NCBI GenBank assembly: GCA_052387905.1
Contig: JBQTIR010000021.1
Location: forward strand, 64,727-88,726
Direction of reading: 5' to 3'
DNA: 24,000 nt
Source of the DNA: Sporichthyaceae bacterium
GTDB lineage: Bacteria > Actinomycetota > Actinomycetes > Sporichthyales > Sporichthyaceae
Shown here: piece by piece, positions 1 through 7,416 of the stretch
Layout of the letters: each line of letters begins with the position of its first letter
Numbering within the stretch: the first letter of the stretch is position 1
The notes under the pieces: model-generated
What the model saw: only the letters and a program-made list of their open reading frames with translations
What the model was told of the DNA's origin: nothing
Database searches by the model: none
Translations under genes and position numbers: made by a program

Positions 1-275
1 ACCGGTACACGATCCGTTCGGCCGACGACCGTGCACTCGCATCGGCGCTCATCGCCGAGCAGTGTGCATCGTCGGTGGAGTTGGTGGCCGGCACCGGCGC
101 ACGGGTGGCGGCCGGCGCCGCCGCCGCGGCGAGCCTGCAGGTCCAGGCCACCGATGTCGGGGACTTTGTGCACGTCCTGCCGCGCCTGGCCTCCCGGCAC
201 GGCATCCGGCTCTACGAGGTCAGCCCCGCCGATGAGTCGCTGGAGTCGGTCTTCTCCTACCTGGTGACGCGATGA
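1..275 (+). CDS. ABC transporter ATP-binding protein, C-terminal fragment (5' end lies outside the window)
   Basis: Frame 3 is open from the window edge. The C-terminal tail ...YEVSPADESLESVFSYLV resembles the LEDVFL-type end of ABC ATPases. The stop overlaps the downstream permease start (ATGA at 272-275). Confidence 0.7.
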   Translation, partial: RYTIRSADDRALASALIAEQCASSVELVAGTGARVAAGAAAAASLQVQATDVGDFVHVLPRLASRHGIRLYEVSPADESLESVFSYLVTR

Positions 276-1084
276 CCGCGGACCCGCGCTGGGCGGCGTT
301 GCCGCCGCTGCCACCCAAGGCGCCGAAGCTGCCGGGTGCGGGCGGCCCGCCGTTCAACGCGACCGTCGCGCGCCTGACGCTGCGCGGGCTGCTCGGACGG
401 CGGCGGGTGATCTTCCTGCTGGCGCTGCCGGGGCTGCTGCTTGGTCTGGCGGTGCTGGTCCGGGTGCTGGCGGGCCGTGACGACGACCTGACGGTGGCGA
501 TCACCGGTGGCCTCGGGGTCGCGTTGTTCGTCCCGCTGCTCGGCGTGATCGCGGGTACCGGCGCGATCGGGCCGGAGATCGACGACGGCTCGATCGTGTA
601 CCTGCTGGCCAAACCACTGAGTCGGCGCACGATTGCCGTCACCAAGGCCCTGGTCGCGATCGGGGTGATCGCGGCGTTCGCGGCGCTCCCGGTGCTGATC
701 GCGGGCCTGGTGATGTCCGGGACGGATGGCGACCTCGCGCTCGGATTCTTCGCCGGTGCGTTGGCCGCGAGCATCGCCTACGGGGCGTTGTTCCTGATGT
801 TGGGCGTCGTCACCCGCAACGCGGTCCTCGTCGGCCTGATCTACGCGGTGGTGTGGGAGACGCTGGTCGGCTCGTTCGTCCCCGGCGCGAAGGCGCTGTC
901 GATCGCGCAGTGGTCAGGGTCGATCACGGAGTCGATTGTGGGGACCGAGGTGGCACGTCAGCTCGACATCGACGCCGCGGTCTCCCTCGGGACCGGGCTG
1001 CCGCTGCTGCTGATCGTCACGATCGGCTCGGTCTGGTACGCGGGAGAGCGCCTGCGCTCGTTGCGGATGTCCGGCGAGCAGTGA
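272..1084 (+). CDS. ABC-2 type transporter permease
   Basis: 270 aa with high GC3. It has about 6 hydrophobic segments (LLALPGLLLGLAVLV, GVALFVPLLGVIAG, ALVAIGVIAAFAALPVLIAGLV, etc.). It is translationally coupled to the upstream ATPase. Confidence 0.75.
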   Translation: MTADPRWAALPPLPPKAPKLPGAGGPPFNATVARLTLRGLLGRRRVIFLLALPGLLLGLAVLVRVLAGRDDDLTVAITGGLGVALFVPLLGVIAGTGAIGPEIDDGSIVYLLAKPLSRRTIAVTKALVAIGVIAAFAALPVLIAGLVMSGTDGDLALGFFAGALAASIAYGALFLMLGVVTRNAVLVGLIYAVVWETLVGSFVPGAKALSIAQWSGSITESIVGTEVARQLDIDAAVSLGTGLPLLLIVTIGSVWYAGERLRSLRMSGEQ

Positions 1085-1111
1085 GCGAGCTGTACCCGGC
1101 AGGATGGCCTC

Positions 1112-1837
1112 GTGACGAGAACGAGGATTGACGCAGCGCTGCTCGACCGGGCAGCCGGTGTCCTGACCGGCGCCGCGGTCGCCCAGGTCCTGGCCGTCGG
1201 CGAGCAGCGCAGTGCCGGCAACGCCGCGCTGATCGGGACGGGGCCGGTGGCGCTTGCCCATCTCGGGGACCCGGCCGGGTGCGCGCAGGCGGGCATCGCG
1301 CTTGCGCAGGCGCACGCCGACGATCCGCAGAGCGCCCAGGCTTGCGTGCTGTGGGCCCTGACGATCCGGCACTGCGTCCTGACCGGCGAACTCGACGCCC
1401 GAGTGGGACTGCGGGGCCTGGACGCTGCCGCCGCCACGACGTGGTCGACGCGGCTGTCGGAGGCGGAGGTCCACCGCCCCGGGGATTTCACCAACCTCGA
1501 CGGGGTCGTGCCCGCGGTCCAGGCGGCATGGTCGGCGATCCTGAACACCCCGGTCCTGCCCTATGACCCGGAGCGCCACTTCGAGGACGCGCTGCGCGCT
1601 GCAGTCTCTGCTGGCGGCCGCGCGCACACAGGCTCCTTCGTCGCCGACGGGGGGGTCGCGGTGATGGCCGGCGCGCTGCTCGGCGCGTGCCACGGAGCGG
1701 GTGCAGTGCCGCCGGAGTGGTCGGCGCTATTGCCCGCACGCGAGGTCGCGGTCCTGGCGGCGCAGGCACGCACGCTGGCGACCGCGAGTTGGGCGCCGGA
1801 CCCCGACGCCGAGCTGTTCGAGTTCCCGGAGGACTGA
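1112..1837 (+). CDS. ADP-ribosylglycohydrolase (ARH/DraG) family-like protein, shortened and apparently lacking catalytic motifs
   Basis: GTG start lies after AGGATGG. ARH-like blocks are DRAAGVLTGAA, RSAGNAALIGTGPVALAHLGDP, HADDPQSAQACVLWALTIRH and GG-RAHT...AGALLGACHGAGAVPPEW. The canonical GDALG, GNGxxMR and GGDTDT motifs are altered. Confidence 0.6.
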   Translation: MTRTRIDAALLDRAAGVLTGAAVAQVLAVGEQRSAGNAALIGTGPVALAHLGDPAGCAQAGIALAQAHADDPQSAQACVLWALTIRHCVLTGELDARVGLRGLDAAAATTWSTRLSEAEVHRPGDFTNLDGVVPAVQAAWSAILNTPVLPYDPERHFEDALRAAVSAGGRAHTGSFVADGGVAVMAGALLGACHGAGAVPPEWSALLPAREVAVLAAQARTLATASWAPDPDAELFEFPED

Positions 1838-1843
1838 GCGCGG

Positions 1844-1969
1844 ATGGGGCACCCGGACCTGTACGCCGAGGACATCGAGGTCGGAATCGACGCCGCGTTC
1901 GGGAGCTACACCCTGACCGAGGACGAGATCATCGCCTACGCCTCGCAGTGGGACCCGCTGCCGATTCAT
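1844..1969 (+). pseudogene. N-terminal 42-codon remnant of a MaoC-like (hotdog-fold) dehydratase gene
   Basis: LYAEDIEVGIDAAFGSYTLTEDEIIAYASQWDPLPIH matches the N-terminal pattern of MaoC/acyl dehydratase proteins (xYFEDxxVG..G..TvTe.eIi.FA.qfDPqPfH). Similarity stops at 1969, where the hypB stop codon (1969-1971, minus strand) begins. The rest of the 120-aa ORF is antisense to hypB. Confidence 0.6.
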
Positions 1970-2745
1970 CAGGGGAGTACAAGGTCTCGCAGCCAGTGGC
2001 ACCATGCGTCAACACCGGCGCCCGTCCGGGCGCTGACCTCCAAGGTTGCCACCGCCGGATTGATTCTCGTCAGGTTGGCCCGGAACAGCGCCAGATCGAC
2101 GTCCAGGTGTGGCAGCAGGTCGATCTTGTTGATCAGCACGAGGTCGACGGCGCGGAACATCACCGGGTACTTCAGCGGCTTCTCCTCGCCCTCAGTGAGC
2201 GAGTAGACCATGACCCGGGCGTGCTCGCCGACGTCGAATTCGGCGGGGCAAACCAGGTTGCCGACGTTCTCCACGAGCACGAGATCGAGGTCGGTCAGCG
2301 GGAGGCGGGTCAGGGCCGACCGCACCATGGGCGCGTCCAGATGGCACTCGCCTCCGAATCCGTTGCCGGTGTTCACCAGTTCAATGACCGCCCCGAAGCC
2401 GGCGAGGCGGTCGGCGTCGATGCTGGTCTCGATGTCGCCCTCGATCACGCCGATGCGAAACTGCCCCGTCAAGCGCGCCAGGGTCTCGCGCAACAGCGTC
2501 GTCTTGCCGGCACCCGGTGAGGACATCACATTGATCACGACGGCGCCTGCGGCTGCCAGATCTGCCCGGTTGCGTGCTGCTACTCGATCGTTCTCGTCGA
2601 AGATCCGTTCAAGCACGTCGACCCGGTCGGTGGCGGTTCCGTAGCCGGACAGGTCACCGAGGTACTTCCGCTGCGACTCGGTATCGCTGTGGTCCTGTTC
2701 GTGACTGTGCATCACTTTGTCATCATGGTGATGGAATCGGCCCAT
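1969..2745 (-). CDS. hypB: Hydrogenase nickel incorporation GTPase HypB
   Basis: 258 aa. His-rich N-terminus MGRFHHHDDKVMHSHEQDH, P-loop SSPGAGKTTLL, ENVGNLVCP and NKIDL GTPase motifs. RBS GGAAGGG lies upstream. Confidence 0.95.
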   Translation of the reverse strand: MGRFHHHDDKVMHSHEQDHSDTESQRKYLGDLSGYGTATDRVDVLERIFDENDRVAARNRADLAAAGAVVINVMSSPGAGKTTLLRETLARLTGQFRIGVIEGDIETSIDADRLAGFGAVIELVNTGNGFGGECHLDAPMVRSALTRLPLTDLDLVLVENVGNLVCPAEFDVGEHARVMVYSLTEGEEKPLKYPVMFRAVDLVLINKIDLLPHLDVDLALFRANLTRINPAVATLEVSARTGAGVDAWCHWLRDLVLP

Positions 2746-2783
2746 CTCGTGCCCTTCCCGGTGCGCTCTGACGCCCGCGTCAT

Positions 2784-3125
2784 TCAGGCCGGGGCGAACT
2801 CCAAGGCCGTGACCGCAAACTCCTCGCCGGCCACGATTGCCACGTCGGTCCCGCCGCAGGCCGGGCAGGCGAAGGTCAGTGGTTCGGGCAGGCCGAAGTG
2901 CTCGGCACAGCCGCGACAGGACAGCAGGGCCGGTACCCGGTCGAGGTCAAGGCGCGAGCCGTCGAGCGAGGTGTCGGCGGTGAGCATCGACCAGCAGAAG
3001 ATCAGCGTGTCCGGGACAACCTGGCGCAGTTGGCCGACCTGCAGGTGAATGACCCCGACGTGACGGTCGCCGGCCTGGCGGCTGGCGATGTCGGCGATGG
3101 CGCCACACAGGGCGAGCTCATGCAC
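2784..3125 (-). CDS. hypA: Hydrogenase nickel insertion protein HypA
   Basis: A GTG start at 3125 gives the canonical (M)HELALC N-terminus. Zn site is CRGC...CPAC. The longer 179-aa track ORF is an upstream read-through into the XRE gene. Confidence 0.9.
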   Translation of the reverse strand: MHELALCGAIADIASRQAGDRHVGVIHLQVGQLRQVVPDTLIFCWSMLTADTSLDGSRLDLDRVPALLSCRGCAEHFGLPEPLTFACPACGGTDVAIVAGEEFAVTALEFAPA

Positions 3126-3618
3126 GGCGGGCCTGGGCGCGCACCAGAGGTGCTGCTGGCTCCCGTGTCTTGCTCTCCGCCGCGGCCGCGGCAGGTCCGT
3201 GCGCGGCGTGGATGCGCCCGTTGCCGTTGCCGTTGCCGATTCCGTGCCCTGGGTAATCCAGCCAGCATGCGGGGTCGGTGCATGCTCCGCTCGCCGGCCC
3301 GGTTTCCAGCGCAGGCATCGCACCCCGGTCCGGGTCCCAATGCTTCGGGTGCGAGGTGAGCCCCAGCAGGTAGGTCACGGTGCATTCCAGGGCGACGGCC
3401 AGTTCGGGTAGCCGTCCCACGTCTATGCCCGCACCGTGCTCCATGGCCGACAGCGTGCGGTTGGTCGCCACAATTCCCAGGGCGTCCAGGCGATCCACCA
3501 CGTCGCGTTGGGTGAGCTTGAGTTGGTGGCGACGTTCCGTGATCTGGAGCGCGCACACCCAATGACGCTGCCGGTTCAATTCATGCGGTGTCGGGGCCAT
3601 TGCCTCCGCACCCTTCAT
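3118..3618 (-). CDS. XRE-family helix-turn-helix transcriptional regulator with Cys/His-rich C-terminal tail
   Basis: HTH_3-like block is LKLTQRDVVDRLDALGIVATNRTLSAMEHGAGIDVGRLPELAVALECTVTYLLGL. The tail has HPKH, CTDPAC, GHG, a GNGNGNG run and HAAH. The stop overlaps the hypA start by 8 nt (GTGCATGA). An alternative start is ATG 3600, just after GGAGG. Confidence 0.8.
   Translation of the reverse strand: MKGAEAMAPTPHELNRQRHWVCALQITERRHQLKLTQRDVVDRLDALGIVATNRTLSAMEHGAGIDVGRLPELAVALECTVTYLLGLTSHPKHWDPDRGAMPALETGPASGACTDPACWLDYPGHGIGNGNGNGRIHAAHGPAAAAAESKTREPAAPLVRAQARRA
3217..3240. repeat. Hexanucleotide tandem repeat (GCCGTT-like, 4 units, 2 perfect) inside the XRE gene
   Basis: Read directly as cccgtt gccgtt gccgtt gccgat. 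It encodes IGNGNGNGR on the minus strand. Confidence 0.8.
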
Positions 3619-3628
3619 TGCCTAGGGG

Positions 3629-3645
3629 CAGATCCGGGAGATCTG
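3629..3645. promoter_or_regulatory. Palindrome CAGATC-CGGGA-GATCTG just upstream of the XRE regulator gene (candidate operator)
   Basis: Perfect 6-bp inverted arms with a 5-nt spacer, in the 74-bp gap between the yceI-like stop and the XRE start. It contains one copy of GGGAGATC (3636-3643). Confidence 0.3.
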
Positions 3646-3692
3646 GGCGGATCGGTTCCCCAGTGTTCCCCCGCCTTCGGCTTCCGTCAACG

Positions 3693-4268
3693 TTACTGAG
3701 GGGGTGATCCCGTGGACCTGCCGAGATCGATCGATACCTCGATGCCGATTGCGTCAGAGAGGCGGAGCGCGCCGAGGAAGGCCTTGTAGGGCTTGATGCC
3801 AAAGGCTGACTGCAGAAGGGTTCCAGTGGCACGCCAGGACGAATCTCTGGAGTCGGTCACATCCAACCGCAACCGACCGGACGAGCCATGCAAGGTAAGG
3901 CTTCCCTCAATTTCTCCCGACGAGGCGTCGCCAGAAGGCACCACGCGATCGACGGTGAATATTGCGGTCGGATTCTTGTCGACATCGAGCAACTTCATCG
4001 CCGTCTTGGTGATGTCGGCCTTGTCGCCGGCGTCGAGCGGCGAGGCACCGCCTGTGCCCTCCACAATCGTGAACGAGCCCAGATCGACCTCGGCGGTGAG
4101 CTCGGCTCCCGTGGGGTCCTCGGCGGTCAGGCTCAGCTGCCCGGACCAACGGGGAAACTCGATGAGGAGGTCGTGCCCGACTTTCGCGGCGACGCCCTCC
4201 CGGGTGGTCCGCACTCGGATGTGGCCCACCTCCGGACCGAGGGTGAAGTCGCCGCTTGTGTGCGCCAT
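3693..4268 (-). CDS. YceI-family (lipocalin-like, polyisoprenoid-binding fold) protein, no signal peptide
   Basis: ATG at 4268 is preceded by GGAGATGGAGG. YceI-like blocks are LLDVDKNPTAIFTV, GSLTLHGSSGRLRLDV and FGIKPYKAFLGALRLSDAIGIEVSIDL. The N-terminus MAHTSGDFTLGPE has no hydrophobic leader. Confidence 0.75.
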   Translation of the reverse strand: MAHTSGDFTLGPEVGHIRVRTTREGVAAKVGHDLLIEFPRWSGQLSLTAEDPTGAELTAEVDLGSFTIVEGTGGASPLDAGDKADITKTAMKLLDVDKNPTAIFTVDRVVPSGDASSGEIEGSLTLHGSSGRLRLDVTDSRDSSWRATGTLLQSAFGIKPYKAFLGALRLSDAIGIEVSIDLGRSTGSPPQ

Positions 4269-4554
4269 CTGTCTACCTCCATCTCCGGTACGAGTACCCG
4301 CCGCGAGCACCGTAGTCGCTGGCGACGGTAGAGGCGTGGGTCCAGGAATCCGGAATTCGGTGATTCCGGGATGCCCGTAGGCATTCGGGAGATCCGGTTT
4401 TCCCGGACTCCGGAAATGCACCCAGGACCCCTATTTAATAAGGGAGATCACCCCCTTGTGGTAATGGAATTCCGGAGTATGGTCGGCGGGGATTCGACCA
4501 TTTCACTCAGGCAACGGGTGCGTTGGGCGCCCGACGTCCAGGAGGTGCGCTGCG
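4269..4554. promoter_or_regulatory. Divergent control region between the yceI-xre-hypAB unit and the hhyS operon
   Basis: 286 bp non-coding. It holds a 7-bp inverted repeat CCGGAAT-N6-ATTCCGG (4350-4369) and a 9-bp inverted repeat ACTCCGGAA (4407-4415) / TTCCGGAGT (4470-4478). GGGAGATC occurs at 4387 and 4442. The AT-rich TATTTAATAA (4432-4441) is a possible -10 element. RBS GGAGG is at 4541-4545. Confidence 0.45.
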
Positions 4555-5604
4555 GTGACCACGGCGACAGACGAGGGTGTTGTCCACATTCTCTGGATGA
4601 ACGGGGGCTTGGGTTGTGACGGAGATTCAGTTGCGCTGACCGCAGCCACCCAGCCCAGCATCGAGGAGATCGTGCTGGGGGCCCTGCCGGGCCTGCCGAA
4701 GATCGCGGTGCACTGGCCGCTGATCGACTTCGAATGCGGCCCGGAGACCGGCGCGGACAACTTCATCGAGTGGTGGCACAAGGCCGACCGCGGTGAACTC
4801 GAACCGTTCGTTCTCGTGGTGGAGGGCTCGATCCCCAACGAGGAGTTGAACGCCGGCAACGGTGGGTATTTCTGCGGCTTCGGCAACGACCCCGCGACGA
4901 ACCAGCCGCGCACCACCAACGAGTGGCTGGACCGGCTCTCCGCCAAGGCGACCGCGATCATCGCCGTGGGCACCTGCGCCACCTACGGCGGCATCCACGG
5001 GATGGCCGGCAACCCGACCGGCGCCATGGGCGTGCCCGACTACCTTGGCTGGGACTGGAAGTCCAAGGCCGGGCTGCCCATCGTGTGCGTGCCGGGCTGC
5101 CCGATCCACCCGGACAACCTCTCCGAGACCATCACCTACCTGCTCTACCAGGTCGCCGGCCAGGCCCCGATGATCCCGCTGGACACCGAGCTGCGCCCGA
5201 AGTGGCTGTTCGAGTCCACCGTGCACGAGGGTTGCGATCGCGGCGGGTACTACGAGCAGGGCCAGTTCGCCACCGAGTACGGCTCCCCGCTGTGCCTGGT
5301 CAAGCTCGGCTGCTGGGGCCCGGTGGTCAACTGCAACGTCCCCAAACGCGGCTGGATCAACGGCATCGGTGGTTGCCCGAACGTCGGCGGCATCTGCATC
5401 GGCTGCACCATGCCGGGCTTCCCGGACAAGTTCATGCCGTTCATGGACGAACCCCCCGGCAGCAAGGTGTCGGCCACCGCAAGCTCGGCTTACGGCGTGG
5501 TGATCCGAACCATGCGCAAGTTCACGATGAACACCCTGAACAAAGAACCCTCCTGGCGTGAGCGCGGACCCATGCTCAAGACCGGCTATACGAAGGTGAA
5601 GTGA
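4555..5604 (+). CDS. hhyS: [NiFe]-hydrogenase small subunit, group 1h/5 type (no Tat signal)
   Basis: GTG start lies 9 nt after GGAGG. N-terminus is VHILWMNGGLGCDGDSV with no RRxF twin-arginine leader. Fe-S ligand blocks are GTCATYGG, VPGCPIHPD and CLVKLGCWGP..NCN..GGCPN.GGICIGCTMPGFPD. Confidence 0.93.
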   Translation: MTTATDEGVVHILWMNGGLGCDGDSVALTAATQPSIEEIVLGALPGLPKIAVHWPLIDFECGPETGADNFIEWWHKADRGELEPFVLVVEGSIPNEELNAGNGGYFCGFGNDPATNQPRTTNEWLDRLSAKATAIIAVGTCATYGGIHGMAGNPTGAMGVPDYLGWDWKSKAGLPIVCVPGCPIHPDNLSETITYLLYQVAGQAPMIPLDTELRPKWLFESTVHEGCDRGGYYEQGQFATEYGSPLCLVKLGCWGPVVNCNVPKRGWINGIGGCPNVGGICIGCTMPGFPDKFMPFMDEPPGSKVSATASSAYGVVIRTMRKFTMNTLNKEPSWRERGPMLKTGYTKVK

Positions 5605-5611
5605 CTCGGCG

Positions 5612-7414
5612 ATGACCACCACCTCGACGAAGTACCTGTCCACGAAGGGCGCCGACGAGTCCCACCTGACCGAGATGGCCTGGGACCCGATCACTCGCAT
5701 CGTCGGCAGCCTGGGGATCTACACGAAGATCGACTTCAAGCAGAAGGTCGTCGCGGAGTGCTACAGCACGTCCTCGATATTCCGCGGGTACAGCATCTTC
5801 ATGAAGGGCAAGGACCCGCGCGACGCGCACTTCATTACCAGCCGGATCTGCGGGATCTGCGGGGACAACCACGCCACATGTTCGGTCTACAACCAGAACA
5901 TGGCATACGGCGTGCATCCGCCGGCGCTCGGTGAATGGCTGATCAACCTCGGTGAGGCCGCCGAGTACATGTTTGACCACAACATCTTCCAGGAGAACCT
6001 GGTCGGGGTCGACTACTGCGAAAAGATGGTCCGCGAGACCAACCCCGGCGTCCTGGAACTGGCCAACCGCACCGAGGCCCCGCACGCCGGCGAACACGGG
6101 TACAAGTTCATCGGCGACATCATGCGCGCGCTCAACCCGCTCGAGGGCGAGTTCTACCGCGAGGCGCTGGCCGTCTCCCGCTACACCCGGGAGATGTTCT
6201 GCCTGATGGAGGGTCGGCACGTCCACCCGTCCACGCTGTACCCGGGCGGCATCGGGACCACCCCGACCATCCAGCTGATGACGGACTACATGACGCGGCT
6301 GATGCGTTACGTCGAGTTCATGAAGCGGGTCGTCCCGTTGCACGACGACCTCTTCGACTTCTTCTACGAAGCCCTGCCCGGGTACGAGAACGTTGGGCTG
6401 CGCCGCACCCAGCTGGTCTGCTGGGGTGCGCTGAACGACCCGCGTCACTGCGACTTCAGGTACGAGAACATGACCAACTGGGGCCGCAAGGCCTTCGTCA
6501 GCCCCGGGGTCGTCGTCGACGGCAAGCTGGTCACCAACGATCTCGTCGAGATCAACCTCGGCATCCGCATCCTGCTCGGCTCCTCTTTCTACAAGAGCTG
6601 GGAAGACCAGCCGATGTTCGTCACCAAGGACGCACTCGGCAACACCGTCGACCGCAATCACCCGTGGAACCAGACCACGCTGCCCGACCCGCAGAAGCGC
6701 GACTTCGACGACAAGTACAGCTGGGTGATGTCCCCGCGCTGGTTCGACGGCAAGGACCACCTCGCCTGCGACACCGGCGGTGGGCCGCTCGCCCGGCTGT
6801 GGGCCACGGCGCTCGGCGGGCTGGTCGACTGCGGGTACGTCAAGGCGACCGGGACTTCCGTCGTGATCAACCTGCCCAAGACGATGCTCAAGCCCGGGGT
6901 GACCTTCGAGTGGAAGGTCCCGAAGTGGAGCAACACCCTCGAACGCAACCGTGCCCGCACCTACTTCCAGGCCTACGCCGCGGCCTGCGCGCTGTACTTC
7001 TGCGAGCAGGCACTCGAAGAGATCCGCGCCGGCAACACCAAGACGTGGAACTCCTTCGAGGTGCCGGACGAGGCGTTCAGCTGCGGGTTCACCGAGGCCG
7101 TGCGCGGGGTGCTCAGCCACCACATGGTCATCAAGGGCGGCAAGATCGCGAACTACCACCCCTACCCGCCGACGCCGTGGAACGCCAGCGTGCGTGATGT
7201 CTATGGCACGCCGGGACCTTACGAGGATGCCGTGCAGAACACCCCGATTTTCGAGGAGAACCCCCCCGACAACTTCAAGGGCATCGACATCATGCGAGCG
7301 GTGCGCAGCTTCGACCCGTGCCTGCCGTGTGGCGTGCACATGTACCTCGGCCCAGGTAAGACGATCCAGACCATCCACAACCCGGCGATGATGCCCACGA
7401 CGCTGGCGACCTGA
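5612..7414 (+). CDS. hhyL: [NiFe]-hydrogenase large subunit, group 1h/5 type
   Basis: 600 aa. N-terminal active-site motif is TSRICGICGDNHA. C-terminal motif SFDPCLPCGVHM is followed by a 23-aa extension that would be removed by the endopeptidase. Confidence 0.97.
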   Translation: MTTTSTKYLSTKGADESHLTEMAWDPITRIVGSLGIYTKIDFKQKVVAECYSTSSIFRGYSIFMKGKDPRDAHFITSRICGICGDNHATCSVYNQNMAYGVHPPALGEWLINLGEAAEYMFDHNIFQENLVGVDYCEKMVRETNPGVLELANRTEAPHAGEHGYKFIGDIMRALNPLEGEFYREALAVSRYTREMFCLMEGRHVHPSTLYPGGIGTTPTIQLMTDYMTRLMRYVEFMKRVVPLHDDLFDFFYEALPGYENVGLRRTQLVCWGALNDPRHCDFRYENMTNWGRKAFVSPGVVVDGKLVTNDLVEINLGIRILLGSSFYKSWEDQPMFVTKDALGNTVDRNHPWNQTTLPDPQKRDFDDKYSWVMSPRWFDGKDHLACDTGGGPLARLWATALGGLVDCGYVKATGTSVVINLPKTMLKPGVTFEWKVPKWSNTLERNRARTYFQAYAAACALYFCEQALEEIRAGNTKTWNSFEVPDEAFSCGFTEAVRGVLSHHMVIKGGKIANYHPYPPTPWNASVRDVYGTPGPYEDAVQNTPIFEENPPDNFKGIDIMRAVRSFDPCLPCGVHMYLGPGKTIQTIHNPAMMPTTLAT

Positions 7415-7416
7415 CG

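Noticed and set aside
3126-3323. Upstream extension of hypA (179-aa track ORF).
   Set aside because: It runs through the XRE gene in another frame. The canonical HypA N-terminus MHELALC is provided by GTG 3125.
4269-4421. Upstream extension of the YceI-like ORF (242-aa track version).
   Set aside because: The extra 51 codons cover the repeat-rich intergenic region and have poor codon bias. ATG 4268 has a strong RBS, and the YceI homology starts just after it.
4458-4619. Possible leader ORF after AGGGAG (GTG 4458, 53 codons) overlapping the hhyS start; part of the 82-aa track ORF 4371-4619.
   Set aside because: It has many A/T-ending codons (gta, gaa, agt, gat, att, tca, caa, cgt) against the local GC3 bias, and no recognisable product. 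The region is treated as non-coding leader or promoter.
5576-7378. 600-aa ORF on the minus strand, antisense to hhyL. Similar long antisense or off-frame ORFs are at 4627-5700, 7725-8909, 9096-10490, 12297-13130, 14022-15506, 15463-16581, 17410-18270, 18348-19283, 20436-22304, 914-1693 and 1687-2520.
   Set aside because: These are shadow ORFs typical of high-GC DNA. Their translations are Arg/Gly/Pro/Ala-rich and low-complexity with no family motifs. The opposite or alternate frame in each case encodes a strongly recognisable protein.
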